Assembly (NCBI GenBank): GCA_951406725.2
Contig: OX597819.1
Span: 41,912,001 to 41,976,000 of the forward strand
Reading direction: 5' to 3'
Length of the DNA stretch: 64,000 bases
DNA from: Octopus vulgaris
Lineage: Eukaryota
Within the stretch, counting starts at the first letter, position 1, and each line of letters opens with the position of its first letter. A program made the position numbers and the translations under genes. This document shows positions 23,971 to 35,227 of this stretch, piece by piece. Below the pieces are notes generated by a model that saw only the letters and a program-made list of their open reading frames with translations, ran no database searches and was not told where the DNA came from.

Positions 23971-25638
23971 TCAATATATATAAAACTGAGAATGTGTGTG
24001 TGTCTGCATGTGTGCATCACTAAAACTCAAGAACTACCCAACCGATTTCATTCAAATTTTACACATGCATTACTTAAGGTCCATGGAGTGTCCTGGGCCA
24101 AAAGATTTTCAACTTCTTGCCTAATGCAGGCCTGGAACAATCTCTTACACTAGTTCAGTATTTGACTTCAAAAGTGAAACAATTACATGTCAAAAGTGAA
24201 ACAATTACTTGTCAAAAGTGAAACAATTACTTGTCAAAAGTGAAACAATTACGTGTCAAAAGTGAAACAATAACATCTATATTGTAATGATGTAATAGTT
24301 TCACTTTTGTTCTTTTACTTTTAATATTGTTTCATATTGTACCAGTTGCAACGTTGCAAGGTATTTACAGTTACATATAAACCCTTAAATTAACATTTAA
24401 TACATGTGCTTTGTCCGTCTGTATATTCCCAATGCATTCTACACCACATTCTGTATATGCATGTGTTTCCGCATTCGATGACGTCACATTTTCTATATGA
24501 GTGTCTGTGTGTGAGTATACGACTCAGTGTATGAGTGTGCATGCATCTGTGTGTGTACCTTTCTGCCTTATGTACATTATTCAACTCACACACACATCTA
24601 CACATACATATACAAATGTGACGACTGACATGCGTTAATGTACGCCCTATCTCTATCCAATCCAAGGATAGCAATTAATTAGTCAAGGATTTGCATAAAT
24701 CACATGCATCTGGAATTTAATTTACTGATGAGTTCTGTACAGACCTTGCTTGCTCCTACTGAAGATTTGAAATCAAATCTAGAAATTTTCCACATACAGC
24801 CTATTGTTCTGTCAATGAAGAACTGAGGAACGCAGATCTATGTGTTTTGCATTTCACTCTTAACCTTTTCTAGGTCATTAACACTTGATATAGATAATGA
24901 GTCACCTGTTGTTTCAATAATATATCTTCTGTATATGAGTGTGTCTGTCAGTGTATATGAGTATAAGAATGTTTATGTGTCTGTCAGTGTGTGTGTGTTT
25001 CTGCATTTGACATCACATTTTCTATATGTGTGTATGAGTGTGTTTCTGCGTTATCTACGTTATTCAACACACACACCTACACATACAAAATTACTTCCGG
25101 ACCAGCTGCATGCCTACAAAACTATTGTTAATAGCATATGCTGCTGTAAGGGAGGTATCTTCTTCCTGGGTGCTTCTGGAAGAACAGAAAAAAATATTTG
25201 TTACAAAGCTCCTCCTTGCAGAAGTTAGGCAGCACCAGAATATCGCAGTAGCTGTGACTTCCTCTAGGATTGCAGCTACTTTGTTGCCAGGTGGCAGGAC
25301 AGCACACTTGACTTTTGAGCTATCTCTCAATTTAGCAACCTCCAAGATACCTTCATGCAACAGAGGCAGGTCCTTAGGTTTTATTTCATTATCTGCATGA
25401 GTGCACCATGGCTCAGAAGGGAACTCTAGAAGCATTAGATACATCCTTCAAAGACATCAAGACTGTCTGACCCCAATGGGAGGTGTAATGCTTCTGTTGT
25501 CGGGCGATTTCAGGCAGACCCTTCCTGTCATTCCCAAAGGCACAAGAACAGGTGAGGTCCAAGCGTGCTTGAAGTCTTCTCCCCTGTGGCGTCAGGTTAT
25601 GATCCTGACTCTTGCTACTAACATGAGAGCTCAACTAG
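23971..25638 (+). mobile_element. Non-autonomous Helitron with a degraded PIF1-like helicase fragment
   Basis: 5' A|TCAATATATATAAAA; candidate 3' CTAG|T at 25635-25639. Helicase motifs over 25150-25630: IFFLGASGRTEK, AVAVTSSRIAATLLPGGRTAH, LLLSGDFRQTLPVI, QACLKSSPLW, LATNMR. Confidence 0.8.
24168..24275 (+). repeat. 22-bp minisatellite, 5 copies, inside the Helitron
   Basis: TCAAAAGTGAAACAATTACNTG starting at 24168, 24190, 24212, 24234 and 24256. Confidence 0.95.
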
Positions 25639-25933
25639 TGACTAGCAGAACTTAAAATAAGAAATCTGAAGTGGTATAGTTATAAGGGCAACTTTGAAAG
25701 AGTAATAGAAAAGGGTGATGAGTCAGAATATTTGGAAGAAAATTATTTAAGCAGGACCCAAGTCATAACCAGCATAGGAGGAGAATGAAGTATTATTTGA
25801 AAATGATGTAATCTGCAGACATTAGAATTTATATTTGCAATATTCAAACAGAAGCAAATATAAAAATTGAAACAGTTCATCATTTTGGCAAAATAAAACC
25901 AACTAAAAAATAATTTTAATAATTACTAAATCT

Positions 25934-26150
25934 AAGGCAGTGAGCTGGCAGAATCATTAATGTGATGGGCCAAATGCTTAACAGCATTTTGTTCATCTTG
26001 AACCTTTGGAGTTCAGATTCCACTGAGGTCAACTTTGCCTTTCATCCTTTCAGAGTCAATAAAATAAGTAGAGGTTGAGCATTGGATTGATGTAATCGAC
26101 TTACTTCCTCCCCTGAAATTACTGGCCTTGTGCCAAAATTTGAAGCCAAT
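25934..26150 (+). mobile_element. SINE family B copy
   Basis: Homologous to 33985-34219 reversed. Confidence 0.8.
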
Positions 26151-27588
26151 AATAACTAAATCTAATTCCAAACTAATTAGTCAAAAAAATTTTAATTACT
26201 ACATAACATTACAAATTGGCTTTAAGTTAAAAATTAACTATTCTGAAGGTGGTATAGCTGTATCATTCAATTAAAAGGAAAATAACCTAATAAAATGAGA
26301 TTTTTAATTTATATATATATATATATGCAAAATTAGCTTAAGATCAGTTTTAATCTACTAAGTTTAATCTATTCTAAACAGAAACCACACGGAAGATATT
26401 TGAAAAGCAAATATTTTAAATCTTTTCAAATGATTTACAAAATTATTAATTTTCAAAGAAACTGCTGACCAACTAATTAAAACTGTCCAATGTGAAATAC
26501 TGAGAAATTGAATACACTATAAAAAGCAATGCTATTGCCACTGATATGAGCAAATGCATGGCACAAGACTTTCCTAGGTGAATTGTGTACCTATAGCACC
26601 TTGTGGGTTAACTGTAGCATGCCTCAGGAATTAATTACACAACCCACACTCTTCCTTACACCAACAACCTGTCTATCAACACACACACACTCCAACACAG
26701 ACAACTTTCACTCTCATTTTAACTCTGAGGCCCACAATTGAGTATTGTCTTGGCGTAGTGCTGTTGGTGAAGCAGCTACTGCACAGATATTCTAGACCAC
26801 ATATAAGAAAGGGCCAGCCAACTCGTATGTTCCAGCCTCTGGTCTACAAGAGCACTATTTCATCTGACCTTTCAAACATTACTATAACGGCCTCTGTTTC
26901 TTGGAGCTGGTTGGGCTGATGCCACTTTCACTTATCACTCTTGTTATGTCAAACCTCCTCCCCTAGGCCACGATACTAATCACTATCTTCAGTCCTTCCT
27001 TCCCATAAGTCAGTCCCCCTAGAATTCCATCCTCCTGCTTATGCCTTTTCCAATGCTAAATAACAAATGGTTCAAGGGGAACATTAACCTTTAGCATACT
27101 ACATTCTCTCTAGAATTGATTTCCCTGCCACTGCCCCGTTATAACAGGGGAAAAAACTCATACAGCGACATGATACACCGACAGTGTGCTAAAGGCTAAT
27201 GGCGTCACCAGTCTAGAGGGGCTTGTGAAAACCATGGCCACAGCCCTTTTCTCCTTTTGGTCAACTGTATAACAGAGTGAGAAAAAAATTCAAGACATAT
27301 AACTGACATATAAGCTTAATGAGCAAAGCCAAAGTTTGGATAAGTAATCCTGGTTACCATATGCTTATTACTTTAGTATTTAAACTGGCCAGGTCATATC
27401 CAGTCCAAATATTGTCCATTTAATGTTCAAACCAGCATCTGGTTTTTCACACCCACCCTGCTATGTCATTCTAAAAATAAACAACCATATCACTGAAATA
27501 TCAAATGCATGATTAATTCAACACAGTGTGAATGAATAAGCATTACATTTGACAGTAATCTGAATGATAAAAGGATACACACACACAC

Positions 27589-27592
<4 letters not shown>

Positions 27593-27680
<88 letters not shown>
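27593..27680. repeat. (TA)n microsatellite
   Basis: About 88 bp of pure TA repeat preceded by (CA)n. Confidence 0.98.
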
Positions 27681-27683
<3 letters not shown>

Positions 27684-28282
27684 CACACAGAAACTGAAAA
27701 AAAAAAATCCAGGACACATTTATGCTAAATGCTATCTATTGAGAATGTAACACGTGTCTCATTATTGTACTGTCTCTCTATTGATAAACTGACATTATTT
27801 ATTATTATTATAATTTATCTTGTTATAACAAAATGATTTCAATACAAAAACATTTTATGCTTTGTAATGGATGTTAAATCAGAATCTTACTTAATTCAAC
27901 AAATTAATTTTATTAACTTTTTCTCTGCTATAAAGTCACTTCATGTAAAAAAAAAAAAAAAAGTATTAAAATTATGCTAATCATAACGTATTATGATAAC
28001 TTCAGTATGATAGGGAATCACATACACACACAAGGTGGAAAAGTGTTTTGAAATATGCATGGTTAAAACTTTTGAGAAGTAATCCAACTGAAACTCGAGG
28101 TTTAATGCAGAGTACAAAAGACACTAAAGTATTCCATATAAAGAGATTATAGTCACATTGTTAGGAAGAGGATTAAAAGGTATTTAAGTACAGGATATTA
28201 AAAAAAAGAAAAAGTGTGCATATATATTGATATATATATATATATATATATATATAGGTATATATATATATGTGTATATATA

Positions 28283-28676
28283 TCTCTTTTCTCTCTTTTA
28301 CTTGTTTCAGTCATTTGACTGCGGCCATGCTGGAGCACCGCCTTTAATCGAGCAACTTGACCCTGGGACTTATTCTTTTGTAAGCCCAGTACTTATTCTA
28401 TCAGTCTCTTTTGCCGAACCGCTAAGTAACGGGGACATAAACACATCAGCATCGGTTGTCAAGTAATGCTAGGGGGACAAACACACACACGCATATATAT
28501 ATACATATATACGATGGACTTCTTTCAGTTTCCATCTACCAAATCCACTCACAAGGCTTTGGTCGGCCCGAGGCTATAGTAGAAGACACTTGTCCAAGAT
28601 GCCATGCAGTGGGACTGAACCCGGAACCATGTGGTTGGTAAACAAGCTACTTACCACACAGCCACTCCTGTGCCTA
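28283..28676 (-). mobile_element. SINE family A copy
   Basis: Near full length, low apparent divergence from the other copies. Confidence 0.88.
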
Positions 28677-28750
28677 TATATGTATATATATATATATATA
28701 TGTGTGTGTATATATATACACATATATGTGTGTATATATATATATATATG

Positions 28751-29022
28751 TGGAGGCGCAATGGCCCAGTGGTTAGGGCAGCAGACTGGCGGTCGTAGGA
28801 TCGCGGTTTCTATTCCCAGACCGGGCGTTGTGTGTTTATTGAGCGAAAACACCTAAAAGCTCCAGCAGGGGGTGGTGATCCCTGCTGTACTTCTTCACCA
28901 CTCTTTCTTCTGTTGGCCTGCTCGCTTAGCCAGCGGGGTGGCGTCATTCGAAAGCTAAAACAATGCGAACGCATTGTGACCAGCGATGTGTAGCAACATC
29001 TGATGGTCTGGTTGGTCACGTG
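28751..29022 (+). mobile_element. tRNA-derived SINE family C
   Basis: GGAGGCGCAATGGCCCAGTGGTTAGGGCAG...GGTTTCTATTCCC tRNA-like head followed by GTTTATTGAGCGAAAACAC; related copies at 39548-39852 and 58665-58905. Confidence 0.8.
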
Positions 29023-29047
29023 ATATATATATATAGGTGTATATATA

Positions 29048-29098
<51 letters not shown>

Positions 29099-29108
29099 AT
29101 ATGTGTGT

Positions 29109-29154
<46 letters not shown>

Positions 29155-29155
29155 A

Positions 29156-29222
<67 letters not shown>

Positions 29223-29235
29223 GTGTGTGTGTGTG

Positions 29236-29296
<61 letters not shown>

Positions 29297-29546
29297 GTGT
29301 GTGTATATATATGTGTGTGTATATATATATGTGTGTGTATATATATATATGTGTGTGTATATATATATATGTGTGTGTATATATATATGTGTGTGTGTGT
29401 ATATATATATATATATGTGTGTATATATATATATATGTGTATATATATATATGTGTGTATATATATATATATGTGTGTATATATGTGTGTGTGTATATAT
29501 ATATGTGTGTGTGTGTGTGTATATATATATATGTGTGTGTATATAT

Positions 29547-29577
<31 letters not shown>

Positions 29578-29638
29578 GTGTATATATATATATGTGTGTG
29601 TATATATATGTGTGTGTATGTGTGTATATATATATATG

Positions 29639-29683
<45 letters not shown>

Positions 29684-29833
29684 GTATATATATATATATG
29701 TATATATATTTATGTATATATATATGTATATATATATATATGTATATATATATATGTATATATATTTATGTATATATATATGTATGTATATGTATATATA
29801 TATATATGTATATATATGTATATATATATATGT

Positions 29834-29870
<37 letters not shown>

Positions 29871-29907
29871 AATGTATGTATATAAATGTATGTATATAAA
29901 TATATAA

Positions 29908-29951
<44 letters not shown>

Positions 29952-29968
29952 CGCATACATACACACAT
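29023..29968. repeat. ~945-bp compound (TA)n/(TG)n microsatellite
   Basis: Almost uninterrupted alternating purine-pyrimidine tract; source of the spurious 280-340 aa ORFs. Confidence 0.98.
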
Positions 29969-30581
29969 CATATGGTCAAAACCAGAACAGAATCTGTATG
30001 GACAATAAGTTTTAGTTTACACCAAGCTTAAAATAATGATAATGGAGTCATTTTAAGCTAATATCTATTGTTGGAAACAAACTTTTCATTCTTAATTTGA
30101 TCAGAAATTTCTGTCTTTTAGTTCTAATTCCATAGACAATTTACTTGTATTGAAAGGCAGCAAGCTGGCAGAAATGTTAGAAATACTGAGCAGTATTTCA
30201 TCTGTCTTTACATTCTGAGTTCAAACTCCACCGAGGTCGACTTTGTCTTTCATCCTTTTGGAGTCGATAAATTAAGTACCAGTTGCGTGATGGAGTCAAT
30301 CAAATCAACTGGCCCCCTCCCCCAAAATTTCAGGCCTTGTATTGAATTACTTTCCATGTCATACTAGGATTACTGCAGATAAGTACTTTTTAAAAAAAAA
30401 CTCACTCAACTCTTGTAAACAAAGTGGTGTCAGCTTGACAGACAAAAAGAAATAGCTACTTCTCTATTACAAATATTTAATTTCTTTATAAGCAACAAAT
30501 TAAACATTTTCACATTCGTAGGTGCAATCTAGATATTTCTATCATTTTCCCTCAAAATCTTTTAAATAATAATCTATTTAA

Positions 30582-31573
30582 TCATCATCATCATCATTTA
30601 GCGTCCGTTTTCCATGCTAGGATGGGTTGGACGGTTCAACTGGGGTCTGGGGAGCCCGAAGGCTGCACCAGGCCAGTCAGATCTGGCAGTGTTTCTACAG
30701 CTGGATGCCCTTCCTAACGCCAACCACTCCGAGAGTGTAGTGGGTGATTTTATGTGCCACCGACACAGGTGCCAGACGAGGCTGGCGAACGGCCACGCTC
30801 GGATGGTGTTTTTTATGTGCCACCGACACAGGTGCCAGACGAGGCTGGCAGACGGCCACGCTCGGATGGTGTTTTTATGTGCCACCGACACAGGTGCCAG
30901 ATGAGGCTGGCGAACGGCCACGATCGGATGGTGTTTGTTACGTGCCCACAGCACGGAGGCCAGTCGATGCAGTACTGGCTACGGCCACGTTCGGATGGTC
31001 TTCTTGTGTGCCACCGGCACTGGTACCACAAAGATACAAATTCCATTGATGTTCATCTATTTTGATTTGTTTTGATTTGATTTTCACTTGCCTCAACAGG
31101 TCTTCACAAGTGTCACAAGAAGGAAGGTATGCACAGGTGAACTGACTACGTCCCAGGTAGGGGCCACGAGTTATGGCCGACTAGTCTTGCCGGGTCTTCG
31201 GATGGTGTTTTTATGTGCCAACGACACAGGTGCCAGATGAGGCTGGCGAACAGCCACGATCGGATGGTGTTTGTTACGTGCCCACAGCACGGAGGCCAGT
31301 CGATGCGGTACTGGCTACGGCCACGTTCGGATGGTTTTCTTGTGTGCCACCGGCACTGGTACCACAAAGATACAAATTCCATTGATGTTCATCTATTTTG
31401 ATTTGTTTTGATTTTCACTTACCTCAACAGGTCTTCACTAGTGTCACAAGAAGGAAGGTATGCACAGGTGGACTGACTACGTCCCAGGTAGGGCCACGGG
31501 TTATGGCCTGACTAGTCTTGCCGGGTCTTCGGATGGTGTTTTTATGTGCCACTGACACAGGTGCCAGATGAGG
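30582..31573 (-). mobile_element. RTE LINE 3' UTR fragment with internal tandem expansions
   Basis: (ATC)n tail at 30582 followed by the reverse complement of the 3' UTR seen at 4700-5200; ~62-bp units and a ~333-bp higher-order duplication. Confidence 0.85.
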
Positions 31574-31606
31574 GAAATTTTATTTAAGAAAAAAACTTAG
31601 AATTAG

Positions 31607-31920
31607 GAATGCCTGTGTGGTAAGAAGTTTGCTTCCTAGCCATATGGTTCTGGGTTCAGTCCCACTGCACGGACCTTGGGTAAGTGTTTTCTACAATAGT
31701 CACAAGCTGACCAAAGCCTTATGAGCAGATTTGGTAGACAGAAACTGAAAAAAGCCTGATTGTGTGTGTGCTCCCATAACTTAGCAGTTCAGCAAAAGAG
31801 ACCAATAGAATAAGTACCAGCCTTAAAAAAAAAATTCAAGTACTGGAGTCAATTCATTCAACTAAAATTCAAGGAGTACTCTAGAATGGCCATAATCATA
31901 GGAGTGAAACAAGTAAAAGA
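31607..31920 (+). mobile_element. SINE family A copy
   Basis: Homologous head, core and tail. Confidence 0.8.
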
Positions 31921-33201
31921 TATAAAAATATACCAACTCGTTATGGCTTCTTCACGAAAATTTATTTGATTTGCTGTCAACAAAAGAGATCAATAACTTA
32001 TTGATTCCCATTCTTGAAATCGACAGAATTTTCACACACACAAAGAAAAAGAAAATAAAAAGTGGCAAAACTAACTAAGCGAACAAGAAAGTCAAATATT
32101 AATAAAAAAAATTTTTTTTAAATTCAATTTCCACCACCACCTCCACAAAGTATAGAAAATAATACACTGACAAACTATGTAGTTTCAGAAAATGACTATT
32201 CTAAATAAATATTTATACTTAAGTTTGCCAAACATAATAGAAAGGAAAATAAGAATAAAGCAGTTAAAAGCATTGGTTGGGTAGGAAGCCTGTTGTAGAC
32301 TGAAATCCACCCCCACTCTGGCTTTTTTTTTTTTTTTGACATATGAAACGGATCTATAATTTCAGACACTGCATGTTGTTGTTGTTATTGTAGTTATAGT
32401 TTAAGATAAGATTGGCTGATGTAATTCACACACCAACACATTACTACAACCATATGCCTGCCACAGATGCACTGTTTCTTCTCCATGACTTTTCTACTGA
32501 TTCTACCAATGGCGTGTTCTACTCAAGACTAGTTTTTTAGCTAGATAAACACTCCTGCAACTTTCTGGAATGCTCAACCAACCCAAGATTTTTATTTGGG
32601 GAGGGGAGGGTTACTTTTTTTTTTTTTTGCTTTTGAAATGCTGGCCTACAAATAGTACAACTCAACAAATCTGCATCCATCTCAACAGTCATGGATGGTC
32701 TACATAATAGATGGGTACTGATTCCACCTCTTTTGACTAACACAAGTGCTTATACTGGCTGCAGTCATTGGATTGCAGCCATAATGGAATACCAGCTTGA
32801 AGGACTTTTAGTCAGTCATATTGACTCCAGTACTTATTTTAGTGAACTCCTTTTGGCACACTGCTAAGTTAAGGGACAGAAACACATAAGGTGCTTTTTT
32901 CAAGTGATGCTAACACAAAGACAAGTACAGATAAACATACAAACACATTTATGAGAGGCTTCTACAGTTTGTGGCTACTAATTTCACTCACGAGGTATTG
33001 GTTTGCCTAAGGTTATAAAGGACGCTTGCCCAAGATATCTACATTGACATTGAACTTGAGACCAGATGTATGAAAAGCTAACTTCTTAACCACTCAGATA
33101 AAATAACATAAAATAAACAGCAAAACTGATGAAATAAATCTAAGAATTGAACCATTTAATTACTTTTTTTTTTAATAGATAATAGCTCAATCATATTTTA
33201 A

Positions 33202-33563
33202 CCCGTTAGCATTCAGATTACTTTGTCAAATGTAATGCTTAGTTTTTGAATTGATTATGCATTATATCATAGCTTCAAAATCTTCATGATGTAGGATAGG
33301 TGTGAGAGGGTGGATCTGATCAATTTGAATACAAAACAAGTAGAATATTTGGGCTGAATATGGCCTGTTTAACCCTTTAGCATTTAAAACAGCCATATCC
33401 AGCCCAAATATTTTATTTGTTTTATGCACAAACCAGCCAGATCCAGTTTCTCACACCCACCCAACAATGTCATTCTAAAGATATACTATCGCATCATTGA
33501 AAACTTGAAGCCACAAGATAACACATGGTTATTTTGATAGAGTAATCTGAATGCTAAGTGGGG
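33202..33563. mobile_element. piggyBac-like MITE pair in inverted orientation
   Basis: TTAA|CCC...GGG|TTAA ends, with a second TTAACCCTTTAGCAT start at ~33369; the two halves are imperfect reverse complements. Confidence 0.6.
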
Positions 33564-33984
33564 TTAATGAGATGCTAGACAATGACCCAAGAGAAGCAAA
33601 TGAGTTACAAATATGTCTGTGTGTGTGTATATATATATACATGTATGTATACATACATACCCACATACATACATAATGAATACTAAAAAGAACTAAAATA
33701 AAACTGTCTACGGTATACCTCTGTTCATTATTTCTTATCTGTAAAGTTATGATCTGCTCTAGCCTACTGATGCTGGACTATGCACTTTTGTTTCTTCATT
33801 GCACTAGCTTATTCATAATCAACTATATATCACCTGTAAGTGCATTTTCCCCCACTAGAATGCTTTCTCATTGAAAAATAAAAAAAAAACCTTATCTGTA
33901 TAGTCATCCTCCAATCACTTACCAGTATGAATCCAGATTGAACATAACACTAACTACATTCATATATCTCCTCGATCCATTCTA

Positions 33985-34219
33985 ATATATTTCTTTATTG
34001 GCCACAAGGGGCTAAACATAGAGGGGACAAACAAGGACAGACAAAGGGATTAAGTTGATTATATCAACTCCAGTGCGTAACTGGTACTTTATTTATCGAC
34101 CCCGAAAGGATGAAAGGCAAAGTCGACCTCGGCGGAATTTGAACTCACAACGTAACGACAGACGAAATACCGCTATGCATTTCGCCCGGCCTGCTAACGT
34201 TTCTGCAAGCTCGCCGCCT
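33985..34219 (-). mobile_element. tRNA-derived SINE family B (MetaSINE-like central domain)
   Basis: AGGCGGCGAGCT head and GAGGTCGACTTTGCCTTTCATCCTTTCGGGGTCGATAAA domain. Other copies near 14670, 22150, 22440, 23489, 25934, 30155, 35815, 45106, 52185, 56435, 58510 and 58930. Confidence 0.85.
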
Positions 34220-34589
34220 AAAGACTGAACACATTATGGGAAATGCTTTTCCTCTACAAACTCAAAAGTATGTGTGTAGGCATTTATATATATATATATA
34301 CACATGTATGTATGGGTACAGGATGTCACCAATGGTGCAAATAACATGAAACACACAAACAACGAGAAAATGGAAAACAGGACAAGTAGAGACAGAGAAA
34401 GGACGCTTCATCAGTTGTTGGCTGTCTATCTACTCCTCATTATGAGCACTCAACGACAATGAGTCTTCAAAGACAGTTGCTCCCATAAATTCTAAAATAA
34501 GATTTAGGATTTACAGTGGGTCAAAGTTAAGAACAAAAATATGACAGTGGAGACATACAAGGAAACCGATATACGTATGTGTGTGTGTA

Positions 34590-34935
34590 TTCTTTTATTT
34601 CCCTACTTGTTTCAGTCATGTGACTGGCTGTGCTAGAGCACCACTTTTAAGGGTTATTTTAATCAAAGAAATCAACTCCAGAACTTATTCTTTGTAAACC
34701 TAGTACCTATTCTATCAATCTCTTTTGCCAAACCGCAAAGTTACAAGGATGTAAGCACACCAACATCAGTTGTCAAGTGATGGAGGGGGAGAGACAAACA
34801 CAGACACATAAATATATACATACATGATGGGCTTCTTTCAGTTTCTGTCTACCAAATCCATTCACAAGGCTTTGGTCACAAGTCTTCAGTCAGCCTGAGA
34901 CTATAGTAGAAGACACTTGCCCAAGGTGCCACACA
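34590..34935 (-). mobile_element. SINE family A copy (5'-truncated)
   Basis: Homologous body and tail. Confidence 0.8.
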
Positions 34936-34979
34936 GAGACTGTATGTTTATAAACATATATTGTGTGTAAATATATATA

Positions 34980-35227
34980 TTGGGTTGGTGCATAATTATT
35001 ACGGCTCTTTTCAACAAATTTTGCTCAACAAAAACAATAACAACATGTAACAAAAACATCTTTAAATGATTATTCAGGAGCATATTCACCATCTACTTCA
35101 ATTACTGCTTCCCACTTGCTTGGCAGACGGTCAGACCGTCATTTAAGGATGTTTTGTTAAATATTGTTATTGTTTTTGTTGAATAAAATTTGTTGAAAAA
35201 AGCCGCAATAATTAAGCACCAACCCAA
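34980..35227. mobile_element. Mariner-derived MITE with ~90-bp inverted arms
   Basis: TA-flanked TTGGGTTGGTGCATAATTATT...AATAATTAAGCACCAACCCAA; the middle encodes, on the minus strand, RLPSKWEAVIEVDGEYAPE*, a mariner transposase C-terminus. Confidence 0.85.

Noticed and set aside
24168-24275. CRISPR-like direct repeats (also the GTGCCACC units at 30750-31570 and 49545-51120)
   Set aside because: Contiguous tandem units without unique spacers, in eukaryotic TE context, with no cas genes.
24725-24750. CTGATGA followed by a small hairpin
   Set aside because: No GAAA core after the hairpin.
28751-28826. tRNA-like sequence
   Set aside because: Head of a SINE that continues into a SINE body; acceptor stem does not close and related copies are dispersed.
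28955-29971. Long ORFs of 280-340 aa (YI/CV/HT repeats)
   Set aside because: Translations of a dinucleotide microsatellite that lacks stop codons; not genes.
30598-31401. Overlapping ORFs on both strands (also 49393-51143, 59683-60192)
   Set aside because: Arise from GC-rich RTE 3' UTR tandem repeats; no protein similarity that I recognise.
34400-34480. Minus-strand CTGATGAAG in a repeat-like segment
   Set aside because: No stem II or GAAA in the right position; too degenerate to call.
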